A stretch of DNA of 64,000 nt from Acidobacteriaceae bacterium (GCA_050014235.1 JBEKDS010000016.1:44760-108759); one strand, 5' to 3'; counted from the stretch's first letter, positions 38,153 to 49,624 are shown. Numbers and translations: made by a program. The notes: generated by a model not told the origin, from the sequence alone.

Positions 38153-39022
38153 ATGACACAACGCGTCGCAATCCTCGGCCTCGGCACCATGGGCTTCGGC
38201 ATGGCCACCAACCTCCTCACGGCCGGCATCCCCACCACCGTCTGGAACCGCACCCGCGCCAAAGCCGAACCCCTCGCCGCCGCCGGCGCCCGCATCGCCG
38301 ACACCCCCGCCGACGCCGCCCGCGACGCCGACATCATCCTCACCATGCTCGCCGACGAGACCGCCTCCCGCACCGCCTGGCTCGGCGAGCACGGCGCGCT
38401 CGCCGCCGCAAAACCCAACACCATCCTCATCGAATCCAGCACCGTCACCCCCGAGTGGATCGCGGAACTCGCAGCCGCAGCCTCCAAACGCAATCTCCGC
38501 TTCCTCGACGCCCCCGTCACCGGCAGCCGCATGCAGGCCGCCGCCGGCCAGCTCTCCTTCCTCGTCGGCGGCGACCCCTCCACGCTCGAAGAGGCTCGCC
38601 CCGTCCTCGCCGCCATGAGCAAGGAGATCGTCCCCGTCGGCCCCATCGGCAGCGGCGCGCGCCTTAAGCTCATCAACAACTTCCTCTGCGGCGTCCAGAT
38701 CGCCTCCCTCGCCGAGGCCATGGTCTGGATCGAGCGCGGCGGCCTCGACCGCACCCAGGCCCTCCGCTTCCTCACCACCGGGGCCCCCGGCAGCCCGCTG
38801 CTCGGCGTCATCTCCGCCCGCATGGCCGCGCAGAACTACGAGGTCAACTTCCTCCTCCGCCTCCTGCAAAAGGACATGAACTACGCCATCGCCGACGCCA
38901 ACACTCTCAATCTCGACCTCCGGACTGCGCGCACCGCGGAAGCACGCATGGCGGAGGCCGTGACGGCCGGCCACGGGGAACAAGATATGTCCGCCGTCGT
39001 CGAGTCAGTTCGCTCCACCTAA
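38153..39022 (+). CDS. NAD(P)-dependent beta-hydroxyacid dehydrogenase family (GarR/MmsB-like)
   Basis: ILGLGTMG, WNRT, LDAPVTG, LKLINN. Confidence 0.92.
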   Translation: MTQRVAILGLGTMGFGMATNLLTAGIPTTVWNRTRAKAEPLAAAGARIADTPADAARDADIILTMLADETASRTAWLGEHGALAAAKPNTILIESSTVTPEWIAELAAAASKRNLRFLDAPVTGSRMQAAAGQLSFLVGGDPSTLEEARPVLAAMSKEIVPVGPIGSGARLKLINNFLCGVQIASLAEAMVWIERGGLDRTQALRFLTTGAPGSPLLGVISARMAAQNYEVNFLLRLLQKDMNYAIADANTLNLDLRTARTAEARMAEAVTAGHGEQDMSAVVESVRST

Positions 39023-39031
39023 CCACTCTTT

Positions 39032-39140
39032 GTCATTCCGCAGCGTAGCGGAGGAATCTGCTTCTGTATCTGTTGTCATTCTGAGCGAAGCTCAGAATCC
39101 CCGCATTTGTGCCGCACAAACTCCGGGTGCCCCATAGCCT
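39032..39140. repeat. Cluster of REP-like elements
   Basis: gtcattccgcagcgtagcggaggaatc, gtcattctgagcgaagctcagaatc and gggtgccccat. Confidence 0.7.
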
Positions 39141-39232
39141 GCCCTGAGCTTGCCGAAGGCTCAGGCAGCATCACCGCCTGACATGCGAATACTCCCTCGC
39201 GTACACTCACTGGCGAACTGCGAAACCCGCCC

Positions 39233-40636
39233 ATGCCCCTCACCCGCCGCACCCTCCTCACCACATCCGCCGCCCTCGCCACCCTCCCCCGCCTCCTCCT
39301 CGCTCAGGCCCAGCACGATCCCTCCTGGCCCGCCGCCCCACCCGCCGACACCGACCCCATCCCCGCGCCCGCCACCAAAACCGCGAAAGCCCTCCAAACC
39401 CACATCGCCACCCAGCTCGGCCCCACCCAGTGGGAGAACTTCTACCACCGCATCCGCACCCTCAACACCGACCTTGCCACCAACGGCCTCCGCCCCATCA
39501 ACGGCCTCTCCGGCACCTTCCTCACCGGCTACCCCAACAACGAGTTCTACGATTGGGACCTCTACTTCGAGAACCTCTACCTCTCCTATTACGGCATCTA
39601 CCCCTGGTGCTTCTCCAACCTAAAAGAATTCCTCAACCGCCAGCAGCCCGACGGCTACATCAGCCGCTCCCTCATCCACTCCCGCGATCGCCAGCACTTC
39701 AAGCCCTTCCTCGCCCAGCTCGTCGTCCTCGGCGCAAAGCAGGACAACAACGACTACACCTGGCTCCGCGGCAATTACTACGACCGGCTCGCAAAATACC
39801 TCACCAAATGGTTCTCCTACGACAGCGACCACAACGGCCTGCCCGTCTGGAACTCCTGCGACGCAGCCGGCACCGACAACCAGTGGTCCCGCGCCGGCGC
39901 GCTCGCCTCCTTCGAGGTCGAAGGAGTCGACCTCGCCGCCTACCTCGTCCGCGAGCTCCGCGCCATGGCCGTCATCGCCACCCACCTCAACCTCCCCGCC
40001 GACGCCTCCGCCTACACCCAACACGCCGACGACCTCATCAAGCTCATCAACGCCACCTTCTGGGATGAGAAGGAAGGCATGTACTTCGACCAGAACGAAA
40101 AGACCGGCCAGCGCGTCCCCGTCAAGGCCGCCACCAGTTTTACCCCGCTTTTCGCCGGGGCCGTCCCCGCGGCCCGCGCCAAACGCATGGTCCACGAGCA
40201 CCTGCTCAACCCGGCGGAGTTCTGGCTCCCCTACCCCGTCGCCAGCTACGCGAAGACCGAGCCCGACTACTACCAGGGCGCACACATCATCTACGCCGCG
40301 CACCGGGAGTGCAACTGGCGCGGCCCCAACTGGGCCCCTATAAACTACATGATCTTTCAGGGCCTCCGCGCCTATGGCTACCACGCCGAGGCCCGCGACC
40401 TCGCCGCGCGCTGCCTCGACCAGGTCCTCGTCAAGAACCCCATCCTGCGTGAGTACTACAACGCCGAAACCGGCGCGGGGCTAGGCAAGGACCGCTTCTG
40501 GGGATTCACCAGCCTCTACTTCGGCATGGTCCTCGAGACCCTCACCGACTACGACGCATCCTCCCTCGACCACCCCAACCGCCCCATCTTCGCCACCGAA
40601 CTCGGCATCCGGTTCCCGCCCCTCCCCAAGGCCTGA
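39233..40636 (+). CDS. GH63/MGH1-like (alpha/alpha)6 glycoside hydrolase, Tat-exported
   Basis: TRRTLL signal; FYDWD, AGTDN, FWDEKEG, WRGPNW, EYYN. Confidence 0.8.
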   Translation: MPLTRRTLLTTSAALATLPRLLLAQAQHDPSWPAAPPADTDPIPAPATKTAKALQTHIATQLGPTQWENFYHRIRTLNTDLATNGLRPINGLSGTFLTGYPNNEFYDWDLYFENLYLSYYGIYPWCFSNLKEFLNRQQPDGYISRSLIHSRDRQHFKPFLAQLVVLGAKQDNNDYTWLRGNYYDRLAKYLTKWFSYDSDHNGLPVWNSCDAAGTDNQWSRAGALASFEVEGVDLAAYLVRELRAMAVIATHLNLPADASAYTQHADDLIKLINATFWDEKEGMYFDQNEKTGQRVPVKAATSFTPLFAGAVPAARAKRMVHEHLLNPAEFWLPYPVASYAKTEPDYYQGAHIIYAAHRECNWRGPNWAPINYMIFQGLRAYGYHAEARDLAARCLDQVLVKNPILREYYNAETGAGLGKDRFWGFTSLYFGMVLETLTDYDASSLDHPNRPIFATELGIRFPPLPKA

Positions 40637-40781
40637 TCGCCACGCAAACAAGGTCTGGCCTCATCGCAAATATGCTAGAGTTATCGCTGACTTTTTCCCG
40701 CCCAACTCCGTCAACATAAGACGCCACGGAACCCCATCCATCGAGCAATACCGCCCAGGAACGAAACCAGGAACGAACCCC

Positions 40782-42182
40782 ATGCCCAAGCCGCCCATCT
40801 CCCGCCGCAACGTCCTCACCACCTCCGCCTCGCTCGCCGGCCTCGCCGCCCTCAACCGCCTCGGCCTCGCCCAATACGGCCGCCCGCCAGTCGCCGCGAC
40901 CCCACCCGAAACATCCCCCGTCGAGCCCCCCGCGACCGCCATCGCCAAGGCCCTCTACGCCGACATCGGCCCCGACGCCTGGACCCAGCTCATCCATCGC
41001 CTCAAAGGCACCAACGCCGACCTCATCTCCCAGGGCCTCCGCCACATCCCCGGCGTGCAAGGCACCTTCCTCACCGGCTATCCCTACAACGAGTTCTACG
41101 ATTGGGACCTCTACTTCGAGAACCTCTACCTCTCCTACTACGGCGTCTACCCCTACTGCTTCACCAACCTCAAGGAGTTCCTCAACCGCGAACAGCCCGA
41201 CGGATACGTCAACCGCTCGCTTATCAAGCAGCGCGACCGCCAGCAGTTCAAGCCCTTCCTCGCCCAGCTCGTCGTCCTCGGCGTCAAGCAGGACCACGAC
41301 GACTACTCGTGGCTCAAGGGCAACTACTACGACCGCCTCGCCAAATACATCGACAAGTGGTTCACCTACGACGGCGACCACAACGGCCTGCCTGTCTGGA
41401 ACTCCTGCGACGCCGCAGGCACCGACAACCAATGGTCCCGCGCCGGCGCGCTCAGTTCTTTCACGGTCGAGGGCGTCGACCTCGCCGCCTACCTCGTCCG
41501 CGAGCTCCGCGCCATGGCCGTCATCGCCACCGGCCTCGGCAACTCCGCCGACGCCGCCGCCTACACCAGGCGCGGCGACGCCGTCGACAAGCTCATCAAC
41601 GACACATTCTGGGATGAGAAGGAAGGCATGTACTTCGACCGCAACGAGAAGACCAGCAAGCTCGTCCCCGTCAAGTCCGCCACCAACTTCACCCCGCTCT
41701 TCTCCCACTCCGCCACGCCCGAGCGCGTAAAACGCATGGTCCAGGAACACATTCTCAACCCCAACGAGTTCTGGCTCGAATACCCCGTCGCCAGCTACGC
41801 CAAGACCGAACCCGACTACTACCAAGGCACGCACAACGAGTGCAACTGGCGCGGTCCCACCTGGGCCCCCACCAACTACATGATCTTCCAGGGCCTGCGG
41901 CACTACGGCTACCACACCGAAGCCCGCGAGCTGGCCCGCCGCCTCTTCAACATGTGCGTGATGAAGAACCCCATGCTGCGCGAGTACTACAACGCCGAGA
42001 CCGGCGGAGGCCTCGGCCAGACCCGCTTCTGGGGATTCACCGCCCTCTACTACGGCATGCTCCTCGAGTCCTACGCCGACTACGACGCCTCATCCCTCGA
42101 CAAGCCCCTCTACCCCATCATCCCCAAAGAACTCGGCGTCAACTTCCCGCCCCTCCCCGCCGATACTTCCGCGACCGCATAA
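40782..42182 (+). CDS. Tandem paralog GH63/MGH1-like glycoside hydrolase, Tat-exported
   Basis: SRRNVL signal; closely similar to 39233-40636. Confidence 0.8.
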   Translation: MPKPPISRRNVLTTSASLAGLAALNRLGLAQYGRPPVAATPPETSPVEPPATAIAKALYADIGPDAWTQLIHRLKGTNADLISQGLRHIPGVQGTFLTGYPYNEFYDWDLYFENLYLSYYGVYPYCFTNLKEFLNREQPDGYVNRSLIKQRDRQQFKPFLAQLVVLGVKQDHDDYSWLKGNYYDRLAKYIDKWFTYDGDHNGLPVWNSCDAAGTDNQWSRAGALSSFTVEGVDLAAYLVRELRAMAVIATGLGNSADAAAYTRRGDAVDKLINDTFWDEKEGMYFDRNEKTSKLVPVKSATNFTPLFSHSATPERVKRMVQEHILNPNEFWLEYPVASYAKTEPDYYQGTHNECNWRGPTWAPTNYMIFQGLRHYGYHTEARELARRLFNMCVMKNPMLREYYNAETGGGLGQTRFWGFTALYYGMLLESYADYDASSLDKPLYPIIPKELGVNFPPLPADTSATA

Positions 42183-42200
42183 CGGACCAGAGAACGCGCA

Positions 42201-42425
42201 TCAGGGCTGCAAGAACCGTCCAAGCCGCTGACCCACCTGCTCATGGGAGAGAAACTGGCCGCGCTGTAACGCTTCCTCACCGCGCCTCACCGCGTCACCG
42301 AATCGGCTCTCCTCGTCGAAATACCGCGCCACGACCTGCCGCACCAGCTCGTCGGGATTGCGGCCCTGTTGAGCGGCCGATTGCGCCAGTCTCGCTTCCT
42401 GCTCGGGTGTGAAATGTACTTCCAT
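42201..42425 (-). CDS. CopG/RHH-like antitoxin-type protein (74 aa), no adjacent toxin
   Basis: MEVHFTPEQEARLAQSAAQQGRNPDELVRQVV...AVRRGEEALQRGQFLSHEQV. Confidence 0.65.
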   Translation of the reverse strand: MEVHFTPEQEARLAQSAAQQGRNPDELVRQVVARYFDEESRFGDAVRRGEEALQRGQFLSHEQVGQRLGRFLQP

Positions 42426-42573
42426 GCCCTTCAAGCTACGTGAAAATCGGGAGAGAGGCAACGCGGAAACGCGCGACATTCGGCCGTTGTGAAAAGAGAA
42501 GCGGAGGGGAAAGGCGCTGGATTGGCCTGCCTCACGTAACATAGTTAACACCCGCCAAGGAGAACCCGAGCCT

Positions 42574-43659
<1,086 letters not shown>

Positions 43660-43685
43660 CCGTATTCGTCTGGCCAAAAGAAGCC

Positions 43686-43751
43686 GTCATCTCGACCGGA
43701 CTCCGAGCGAGCGGAGCGAGTCGAGGAGGTAGTGGAGAGACCCCCCATTTC
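43686..43751. repeat. REP-like element between gmd and fcl
   Basis: gtcatctcgaccgga...gtggagagaccc palindrome. Confidence 0.65.
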
Positions 43752-43781
43752 GAATCGAAGCCCTAACAGACTCGAGGCCTC

Positions 43782-44759
43782 ATGACCAACCCCTTCATGC
43801 ATCCCGACAGCCGCATCTTCGTCGCCGGCCATCGCGGCCTCGTCGGCTCCGCCATTCACCGCGAGCTCATCGCCCAGGGCTACCGCGACATCCTCACCCG
43901 CACCCACCAGCAGCTCGACCTCGGCGACGAAGTCGCCATCGACGCCTTCTTCACCCGCGAAAAACCCGACTTCGTCTTCCTCGCCGCCGCCCGCGTCGGA
44001 GGCATCCTCGCCAACAGCACCTACCCCGCCGACTTCATCCGCGACAATCTCATCCTCCAGACCAACGTCATCGAATCCAGCCGCATCGCCGGCGTCAAGC
44101 GCCTGCTCTTCCTTGGCTCCTCCTGCATCTACCCCCGCCTCGCGCCCCAGCCCATCAAAGAGGAATACCTCCTCACCGGCCCGCTCGAACCCACCAACCG
44201 CCCCTACGCCATCGCCAAAATCGCCGGCATCGAGATGTGCTGGAGCTACAACCGTCAGTACGGCACGCATTACCTCGCCGCCATGCCCACCAACCTCTAC
44301 GGCCCCGGCGACAACTTCGACCTCGCCAACTCCCACGTCCTCCCCGCCCTCATCCGCAAGACCGCCGAGGCCCAGGCCGCCGGCGTCCGGCAAGTCATCG
44401 TCTGGGGCACCGGCAACCCCCGCCGCGAGCTCCTCTACTCCGGCGACCTCGCCCAGGCCTGCTGCTTCCTCATGAACCTCGACGACGGACCCTTCAACTC
44501 CCTCCTCTCTGCCGACGAGCCTCCCCTCATCAACATCGGCACCGGCGAGGACATCACCATCCGCGAACTCGCCGAGACCGTCGCCCGCGTCCTCAACTTC
44601 GACGGCCGCCTCGTCTTCGACCACTCCAAGCCCGACGGCACCCCGCAAAAGCTCATGGATGTCTCCCGCATCCACTCCCTCGGCTGGCATCACACCACCT
44701 CCCTCGAAGACGGCATCCGCCGCACCTGGGAAGCGACCCGCAAGGAACTCGTCGGCTAA
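43782..44759 (+). CDS. fcl: GDP-L-fucose synthase
   Basis: IFVAGHRGLVGS, FLGSSCIYP, YAIAK, PTNLYGPGDNF, KPDGTP. Confidence 0.97.
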   Translation: MTNPFMHPDSRIFVAGHRGLVGSAIHRELIAQGYRDILTRTHQQLDLGDEVAIDAFFTREKPDFVFLAAARVGGILANSTYPADFIRDNLILQTNVIESSRIAGVKRLLFLGSSCIYPRLAPQPIKEEYLLTGPLEPTNRPYAIAKIAGIEMCWSYNRQYGTHYLAAMPTNLYGPGDNFDLANSHVLPALIRKTAEAQAAGVRQVIVWGTGNPRRELLYSGDLAQACCFLMNLDDGPFNSLLSADEPPLINIGTGEDITIRELAETVARVLNFDGRLVFDHSKPDGTPQKLMDVSRIHSLGWHHTTSLEDGIRRTWEATRKELVG

Positions 44760-44787
44760 ACGACGGCATCCCACCCGCACGACGCCA

Positions 44788-46338
44788 TTACGGCGGCCTC
44801 GACTCCATCGTCCGCACCGCCGCAACCTCCGCCCGCCCCGCCGCCCCCATCATGGCCCTCGGCATCAACACCACATACGGCACCCTCGTCTGCGAAAACC
44901 GGTCGCGAACATCCTCCCGCACAAACGGCGGCGCATGGTCGCCCACAACTACAAAGATCGTCGGCCGCAGCCCAGGCGTCTCCGCCAGCCGCGCCACGCT
45001 CTCCTGCACTCGCATCACCAGCCCAAACCATGTGCACAGCGACTGCCCCTCGTCGATCCCCGCCGCCGCGCACCCCTCCCTTGGCAAGCTCTCGTCCATC
45101 CGCGGCACCGGCAAATGAGAGTTCAGCGTCACCCAGTGCACAAACACCGGCCGCCCATCCGCCGGGTGCATCAGCCGCCCACCAATCCACTGCGCCACAT
45201 CCGCATCGCAGATCCCCGGAAACGCCCCATCGCACATCGCTGCCCCACCCCGCGCCAGCTCCGGTAGAAACGCTGCCTCCTCGAATCCAAACCGCCCATA
45301 CCACTCCTGCCGGCGGAACATCGTCGGCGTAAAACCATGCACCGCAATCGTCCGATATCCCTCGCGCCTCAGCCGCTCCGGCCAGCAGCTGGCAAAGTAC
45401 GACGCCGCCGCCGCAATGCTGCTGTCGCCCCGCGAGTCGCCGCACAGCTCCCGCGTCTCTCCCGAGGTCGTCGGCCCCACAAACGGCACGCTCCCGCTCT
45501 CCACCCGGTACGACCTCGCCATCGCCTCCGTCCGAAACGGTGCCATCTGCGCCTCATTCACCCGGTCGTCCGTCGCCAGCCCCCAAGACTCCGTCAGCAC
45601 CAGCACAACATTGGGCTGGGTCCCTGCCGGGACCTCCGCAATCGCCGCGCCCAGCGCCGCGCCCAGCGCCTGCCGCGCAACCACCCGCCCATGCCCCGGC
45701 GGAAAAAACATATTGAATAAAGTCGAAGCCACCGGCGTCCCTGAGATCTTCGCCGCCCGCTTCCCCGGATCGCTTCGCTCCGGCCCCACATGGAACCTCG
45801 GCTTGAATCGCCCCATCGCCAGATCGCTGGTCAGCGCCACCATCGCCAATGCCGCGATCACTGCCAGCTTCAGCTTCACTCCGCGCCGCCGCAGGTCGCC
45901 CAGACAAGCCCGCAGCACCACGCCCGACCCAACCGCGTAGACCAGCACAAGACACGCATAGCCCATCAGCCGCTGGCCGGGAATCTGCAGCACGAACCGC
46001 ACCGAGCGCAGCATATCGCCCGGCGAGAAGTAATAGATCCGCGCCAGCGGCTCCGCCAGCGCAACGCACATCTCGCCAACTAGCAGCGCCACTGTTCCCC
46101 AGCACGGCCACAGCAGCGCGACCCCAAGCAGCGCCAGATACTCAAGATTGATCCAGCCCCGCAAGTAAACCGAAGACCCAGCCTCCATCCACCAAAGCAG
46201 CGCCGGGACCTGAGGCAGCAACAACGCCGCCGCGCCGAAGCGCAGACCCTCCGCCCATCCGCCCGGCAGCACCCGGCCACCAGCAGCAATTCGCAGATCG
46301 AGCGCCAGGGCAGCCCGGACATCGGAGATCGTCGCCAT
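44788..46338 (-). CDS. Membrane-anchored sulfatase-like / LTA-synthase-like transferase (alkaline phosphatase superfamily)
   Basis: N-terminal TM helices; VVLVLTESWG, TTSGETRELC, VTLNSH, VVGDHAPP. Confidence 0.7.
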   Translation of the reverse strand: MATISDVRAALALDLRIAAGGRVLPGGWAEGLRFGAAALLLPQVPALLWWMEAGSSVYLRGWINLEYLALLGVALLWPCWGTVALLVGEMCVALAEPLARIYYFSPGDMLRSVRFVLQIPGQRLMGYACLVLVYAVGSGVVLRACLGDLRRRGVKLKLAVIAALAMVALTSDLAMGRFKPRFHVGPERSDPGKRAAKISGTPVASTLFNMFFPPGHGRVVARQALGAALGAAIAEVPAGTQPNVVLVLTESWGLATDDRVNEAQMAPFRTEAMARSYRVESGSVPFVGPTTSGETRELCGDSRGDSSIAAAASYFASCWPERLRREGYRTIAVHGFTPTMFRRQEWYGRFGFEEAAFLPELARGGAAMCDGAFPGICDADVAQWIGGRLMHPADGRPVFVHWVTLNSHLPVPRMDESLPREGCAAAGIDEGQSLCTWFGLVMRVQESVARLAETPGLRPTIFVVVGDHAPPFVREDVRDRFSQTRVPYVVLMPRAMMGAAGRAEVAAVRTMESRPP

Positions 46339-46477
46339 CGCTGACTAAAAACTACCCGACGCTGCGCTAACCCTCCGCCCTTCCCCCTCAAATCTCAAAA
46401 AGTCAATTCCTAAATTGGCACATAAGGCCGCCTCACTTGCCCGCATCCTCCGCCGCGCCTCCGGGTTAAAGTGACCC

Positions 46478-47353
46478 ATGGAGTTCTCGCGCCAAACGCG
46501 ACTCGCGCATCTACCTACGGCCGCCCGCCCATCCCTGGCCCTCAGCCTCACGCTCCTCACCCTCGGCGCATCGGCCCTCGCCCAGCGTCCCATCTCCCCA
46601 GACTCCATCACCGTCGCCGAACAATACCTCCTCGCCGCCGCCAATCAGGAGCGCGCCGCCCTCGGCCTCTCTCAGCTCCACCGCGACCCCCGCCTCGCCC
46701 AGGCCGCCGCCGCACACGCCCGCCAGATGGCCGCCCACGCCACCATCTCCCATCAGTTCTCCGGCGAGTCCGAACTCACCGCCCGCGGCGCCGCCGCCGG
46801 CGTCCCCTTCTCCGCCATCTCCGAGAACGTCGGCGAAGCCCCCAGCGCCCCCCAGATCCACGACCTCTGGATGCACTCCCCGCACCACCGCTCCAACCTC
46901 CTCGACCCCTCCATCGACGTCGCCGGCATCAGCGTCATCGCCCGCGGCAACGAGCTCTTCGCCGTCGAAGACTTCGCCCGCACCGTCCGCTCCGTCTCCC
47001 TCGAGCAGCAGGAGTCCGCCATCGCCGCCCTCGTCACCCAACTCAGCGTCCAGCCCGCCGGCCCAGCCGCCAACCAACCCAGCCCGGCCGCCCACCATCC
47101 CGTCACCCTCGACCTCAGCCCCACCACCACCTCCGCCGCCCGCCAGACCTGCGCCATGGACACCGGTTTCGCCGGCCCGCGCAAGCCCTGGTTCGTTATG
47201 CGCTTCACCTCAGACTCCCTCACCCAACTCCCCACCGAACTCAGGTCCCGCATCGCCTCCGGCCGCTACCGCCAGGCCGCCGTCGGCGCCTGCGCCCCAC
47301 CCCGCGACTCCCCCTTCACCTCCTACACCATCGCCGTCCTCCTCTACCCGTAG
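46478..47353 (+). CDS. CAP/SCP-domain secreted protein
   Basis: ANQERAALGL, AAAAHARQM, ISHQF, ENVG, WMHSPHHRSNLL. Confidence 0.88.
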   Translation: MEFSRQTRLAHLPTAARPSLALSLTLLTLGASALAQRPISPDSITVAEQYLLAAANQERAALGLSQLHRDPRLAQAAAAHARQMAAHATISHQFSGESELTARGAAAGVPFSAISENVGEAPSAPQIHDLWMHSPHHRSNLLDPSIDVAGISVIARGNELFAVEDFARTVRSVSLEQQESAIAALVTQLSVQPAGPAANQPSPAAHHPVTLDLSPTTTSAARQTCAMDTGFAGPRKPWFVMRFTSDSLTQLPTELRSRIASGRYRQAAVGACAPPRDSPFTSYTIAVLLYP

Positions 47354-47367
47354 ACCATATCGAAGCC

Positions 47368-47490
47368 GTCATTCTGCGCGACGCGCAGAATCTCCATAGT
47401 TGCCCTTCATGCTGCCACTACACCGGGTGGCCCATCCCTTCCGGCTCCATCGGAAAGGGTGGGTTATCGTTCGCAAGAGCGAACGACCGC
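47368..47490. repeat. REP-like elements
   Basis: gtcattctgcgcgacgcgcagaatc; gggtggcccatccc...gggtggg; cgttcgcaagagcgaacg. Confidence 0.7.
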
Positions 47491-47620
47491 CTCAGGCTCG
47501 CGCCCTCTCTCGCGCACCCGGCAGCCCGAAGGGCTATCCTCAAGCATTCCTAAAGTCAACCCTCCCCAGGTTGCTTGCGGCATCGGGCCATGCACCGCCA
47601 CGGAGAAATGGAGAACCACG

Positions 47621-49624
47621 ATGCGCTTCCGCCTGCCCCCGCTTGCCGTCTTGCCGCCCGCCGTCCTCATCCTTGCCGCCCTGCTGCCCGCTGCTATCAG
47701 CCCCTGCGCCACCGCCCAGACCGCGCCGGAGCTACAGCACCCGCAGGACCCGCGCCACTACGACGCCACCCGCACCGGCGAGGTCGTCGACCTCGGCCCG
47801 CTCTGGCTCTTCCACGAGGGCGACGACCCCGCCTTTGCGGCCAAGGACTTTGACGATTCCAAATGGCCGGTGATCACCACCAACAAGAGAATGGCCAGCC
47901 AGGGGTATCCGGACCTCAACCAGATCTGGTACCGGGTGCATGTGCGCGTCTCGCCGGCCTCGGACAGGCTGGTGGTTGGGATCACCTCGTTCTTTGGAAG
48001 CTATGAGATCTTTGTGAACGGAGTGCGCATCGGCGGTGAGGGCAGCATGGCCGGGCGCGGCGAGTTTCGCGCTGACCAATTGATCCTCTTTGGCATCCCA
48101 CGGGAGGCGGTGCGCTCCGGCGAGCTCACGATCGCCCTTCACGGCGCCGTGGGGGCGGCCGCGTATGCGACAGAATCAGGCGGGGGCATCCCTCGGGGTG
48201 CCGGGCGCATCATGCTCGGAGGGCCGGTCGCCCTGGCGCCTCTGGACTTCGAGTCGTATATCCGGCACGTTTGGCTCGACTGGGTCGACCTGGTCCTTGT
48301 TTCCTTCGTGGTCTTCGTCGTCCTCGCCCTGTACCGTGTGCTCCCCGATCAGAAGGAGTACCTGACGATCGCCCTGTGCGGCGGCTTCCAACTGCTCGGC
48401 GTATGCGCGGACTTCGCTCACGTCCGGCTGCACCTGCCGAACTCAGGGTTGGTGTATGGCGTTGGGCTCTTCGCCAACGCCGCCTACCTGGCATTGCAGG
48501 TCGAGGTGGTGCTGCGGCTGGTCGGACTGCGGCCGGCCCGCTGGATTCGGGCACTGCAAGGCGTATTGATCCTGAGCGCGCCGCTGACTGAGCTGAGCTA
48601 TGCCGGCATGACACCCGGGTGGGTCCAGCACACCCTGGTCTTCCCGGCCCTGACCGTCCTCTACCTCGCGGTGCCGGTCTATCTCTTTCGCGAGATGCGA
48701 CGGGGCAACCGCGACGCTCCGGTACTCTTCGCCTTCCAGATCGTCTTTTCCGCGATAGGACTCATGAACGAGATAGGGTATTACCTGGCCAAGGCCCAGG
48801 TCGTCACTCTCTTTCGCCAGAACCTTATTCGATTCGATGTCGGCCAGTTCACTATCTTAGGGACCGATATTGCCACCATTTATTTCTGGGTGACGCTGCT
48901 GGTGATCCTGGTGCTGCGCACGGTGCGCATCGCCCGCGAGCGCGCCGAGATTGCGGCCGAGGTCGAGGCCGCCCGCACCGTCCAGCAGATGCTGATCCCC
49001 GCCGTCCCGCCGGTCACGCCCGGCTTCGCGGTGGAGAGCGTCTACCTCCCCGCGCGGCAGGTGGGCGGCGACTTCTTCCTGGTCGTCCCCTCGGCGGACG
49101 GCTCGCTGCTGATCGTCACCGGCGACGTCAGCGGCAAGGGCTTGCAGGCCGCGATGGTCGTCTCGACCATCCTCGGCGCGCTGCGCAACGAGTCCTCGCG
49201 CTCGCCCGCGACCGTCCTCGCCAACCTCAACCAGGTGCTGCTGGGCCAGGTCAGAGGCTTCGTCACCTGCACCGCCGCGCTCATCGCTCCGGACGGCCGC
49301 ATCGCGCTGGCCAACGCGGGCAATCCCGCGCCCTACCTCAACGGCCGCGAGCTCGCCGTCAGTGCGGGCCTTCCCCTCGGCATGGTCGCCAACATCGCAT
49401 ACGACGAGAGCCCCGGGCACCTGGCCCCGGGCGACCTCCTCACCTTCGTCTCCGACGGCGTCGTCGAAGCCACGGCGCCAATCACCCGCGAACTCTTCGG
49501 CTTCGACCGCACCCAGGCCATCAGCCGCCACGCCGCCAACGCCATCGCCGAGGCCGCCCGCGCCTTCGGTGTCGGCGCGCCGCAGGCCGACGACATCACC
49601 GTCCTCACCATCGCCCGCGTCTAA
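47621..49624 (+). CDS. Third membrane PP2C/SpoIIE phosphatase with carbohydrate-binding-like sensor domain
   Basis: Signal MRFRLPP...; WLFHEGDDPAFAAKDFDDSKW; VGGDFF, GDVSGKG, SDGV, DDIT; C-terminus nearly identical to 298-2250. Confidence 0.9.
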   Translation: MRFRLPPLAVLPPAVLILAALLPAAISPCATAQTAPELQHPQDPRHYDATRTGEVVDLGPLWLFHEGDDPAFAAKDFDDSKWPVITTNKRMASQGYPDLNQIWYRVHVRVSPASDRLVVGITSFFGSYEIFVNGVRIGGEGSMAGRGEFRADQLILFGIPREAVRSGELTIALHGAVGAAAYATESGGGIPRGAGRIMLGGPVALAPLDFESYIRHVWLDWVDLVLVSFVVFVVLALYRVLPDQKEYLTIALCGGFQLLGVCADFAHVRLHLPNSGLVYGVGLFANAAYLALQVEVVLRLVGLRPARWIRALQGVLILSAPLTELSYAGMTPGWVQHTLVFPALTVLYLAVPVYLFREMRRGNRDAPVLFAFQIVFSAIGLMNEIGYYLAKAQVVTLFRQNLIRFDVGQFTILGTDIATIYFWVTLLVILVLRTVRIARERAEIAAEVEAARTVQQMLIPAVPPVTPGFAVESVYLPARQVGGDFFLVVPSADGSLLIVTGDVSGKGLQAAMVVSTILGALRNESSRSPATVLANLNQVLLGQVRGFVTCTAALIAPDGRIALANAGNPAPYLNGRELAVSAGLPLGMVANIAYDESPGHLAPGDLLTFVSDGVVEATAPITRELFGFDRTQAISRHAANAIAEAARAFGVGAPQADDITVLTIARV

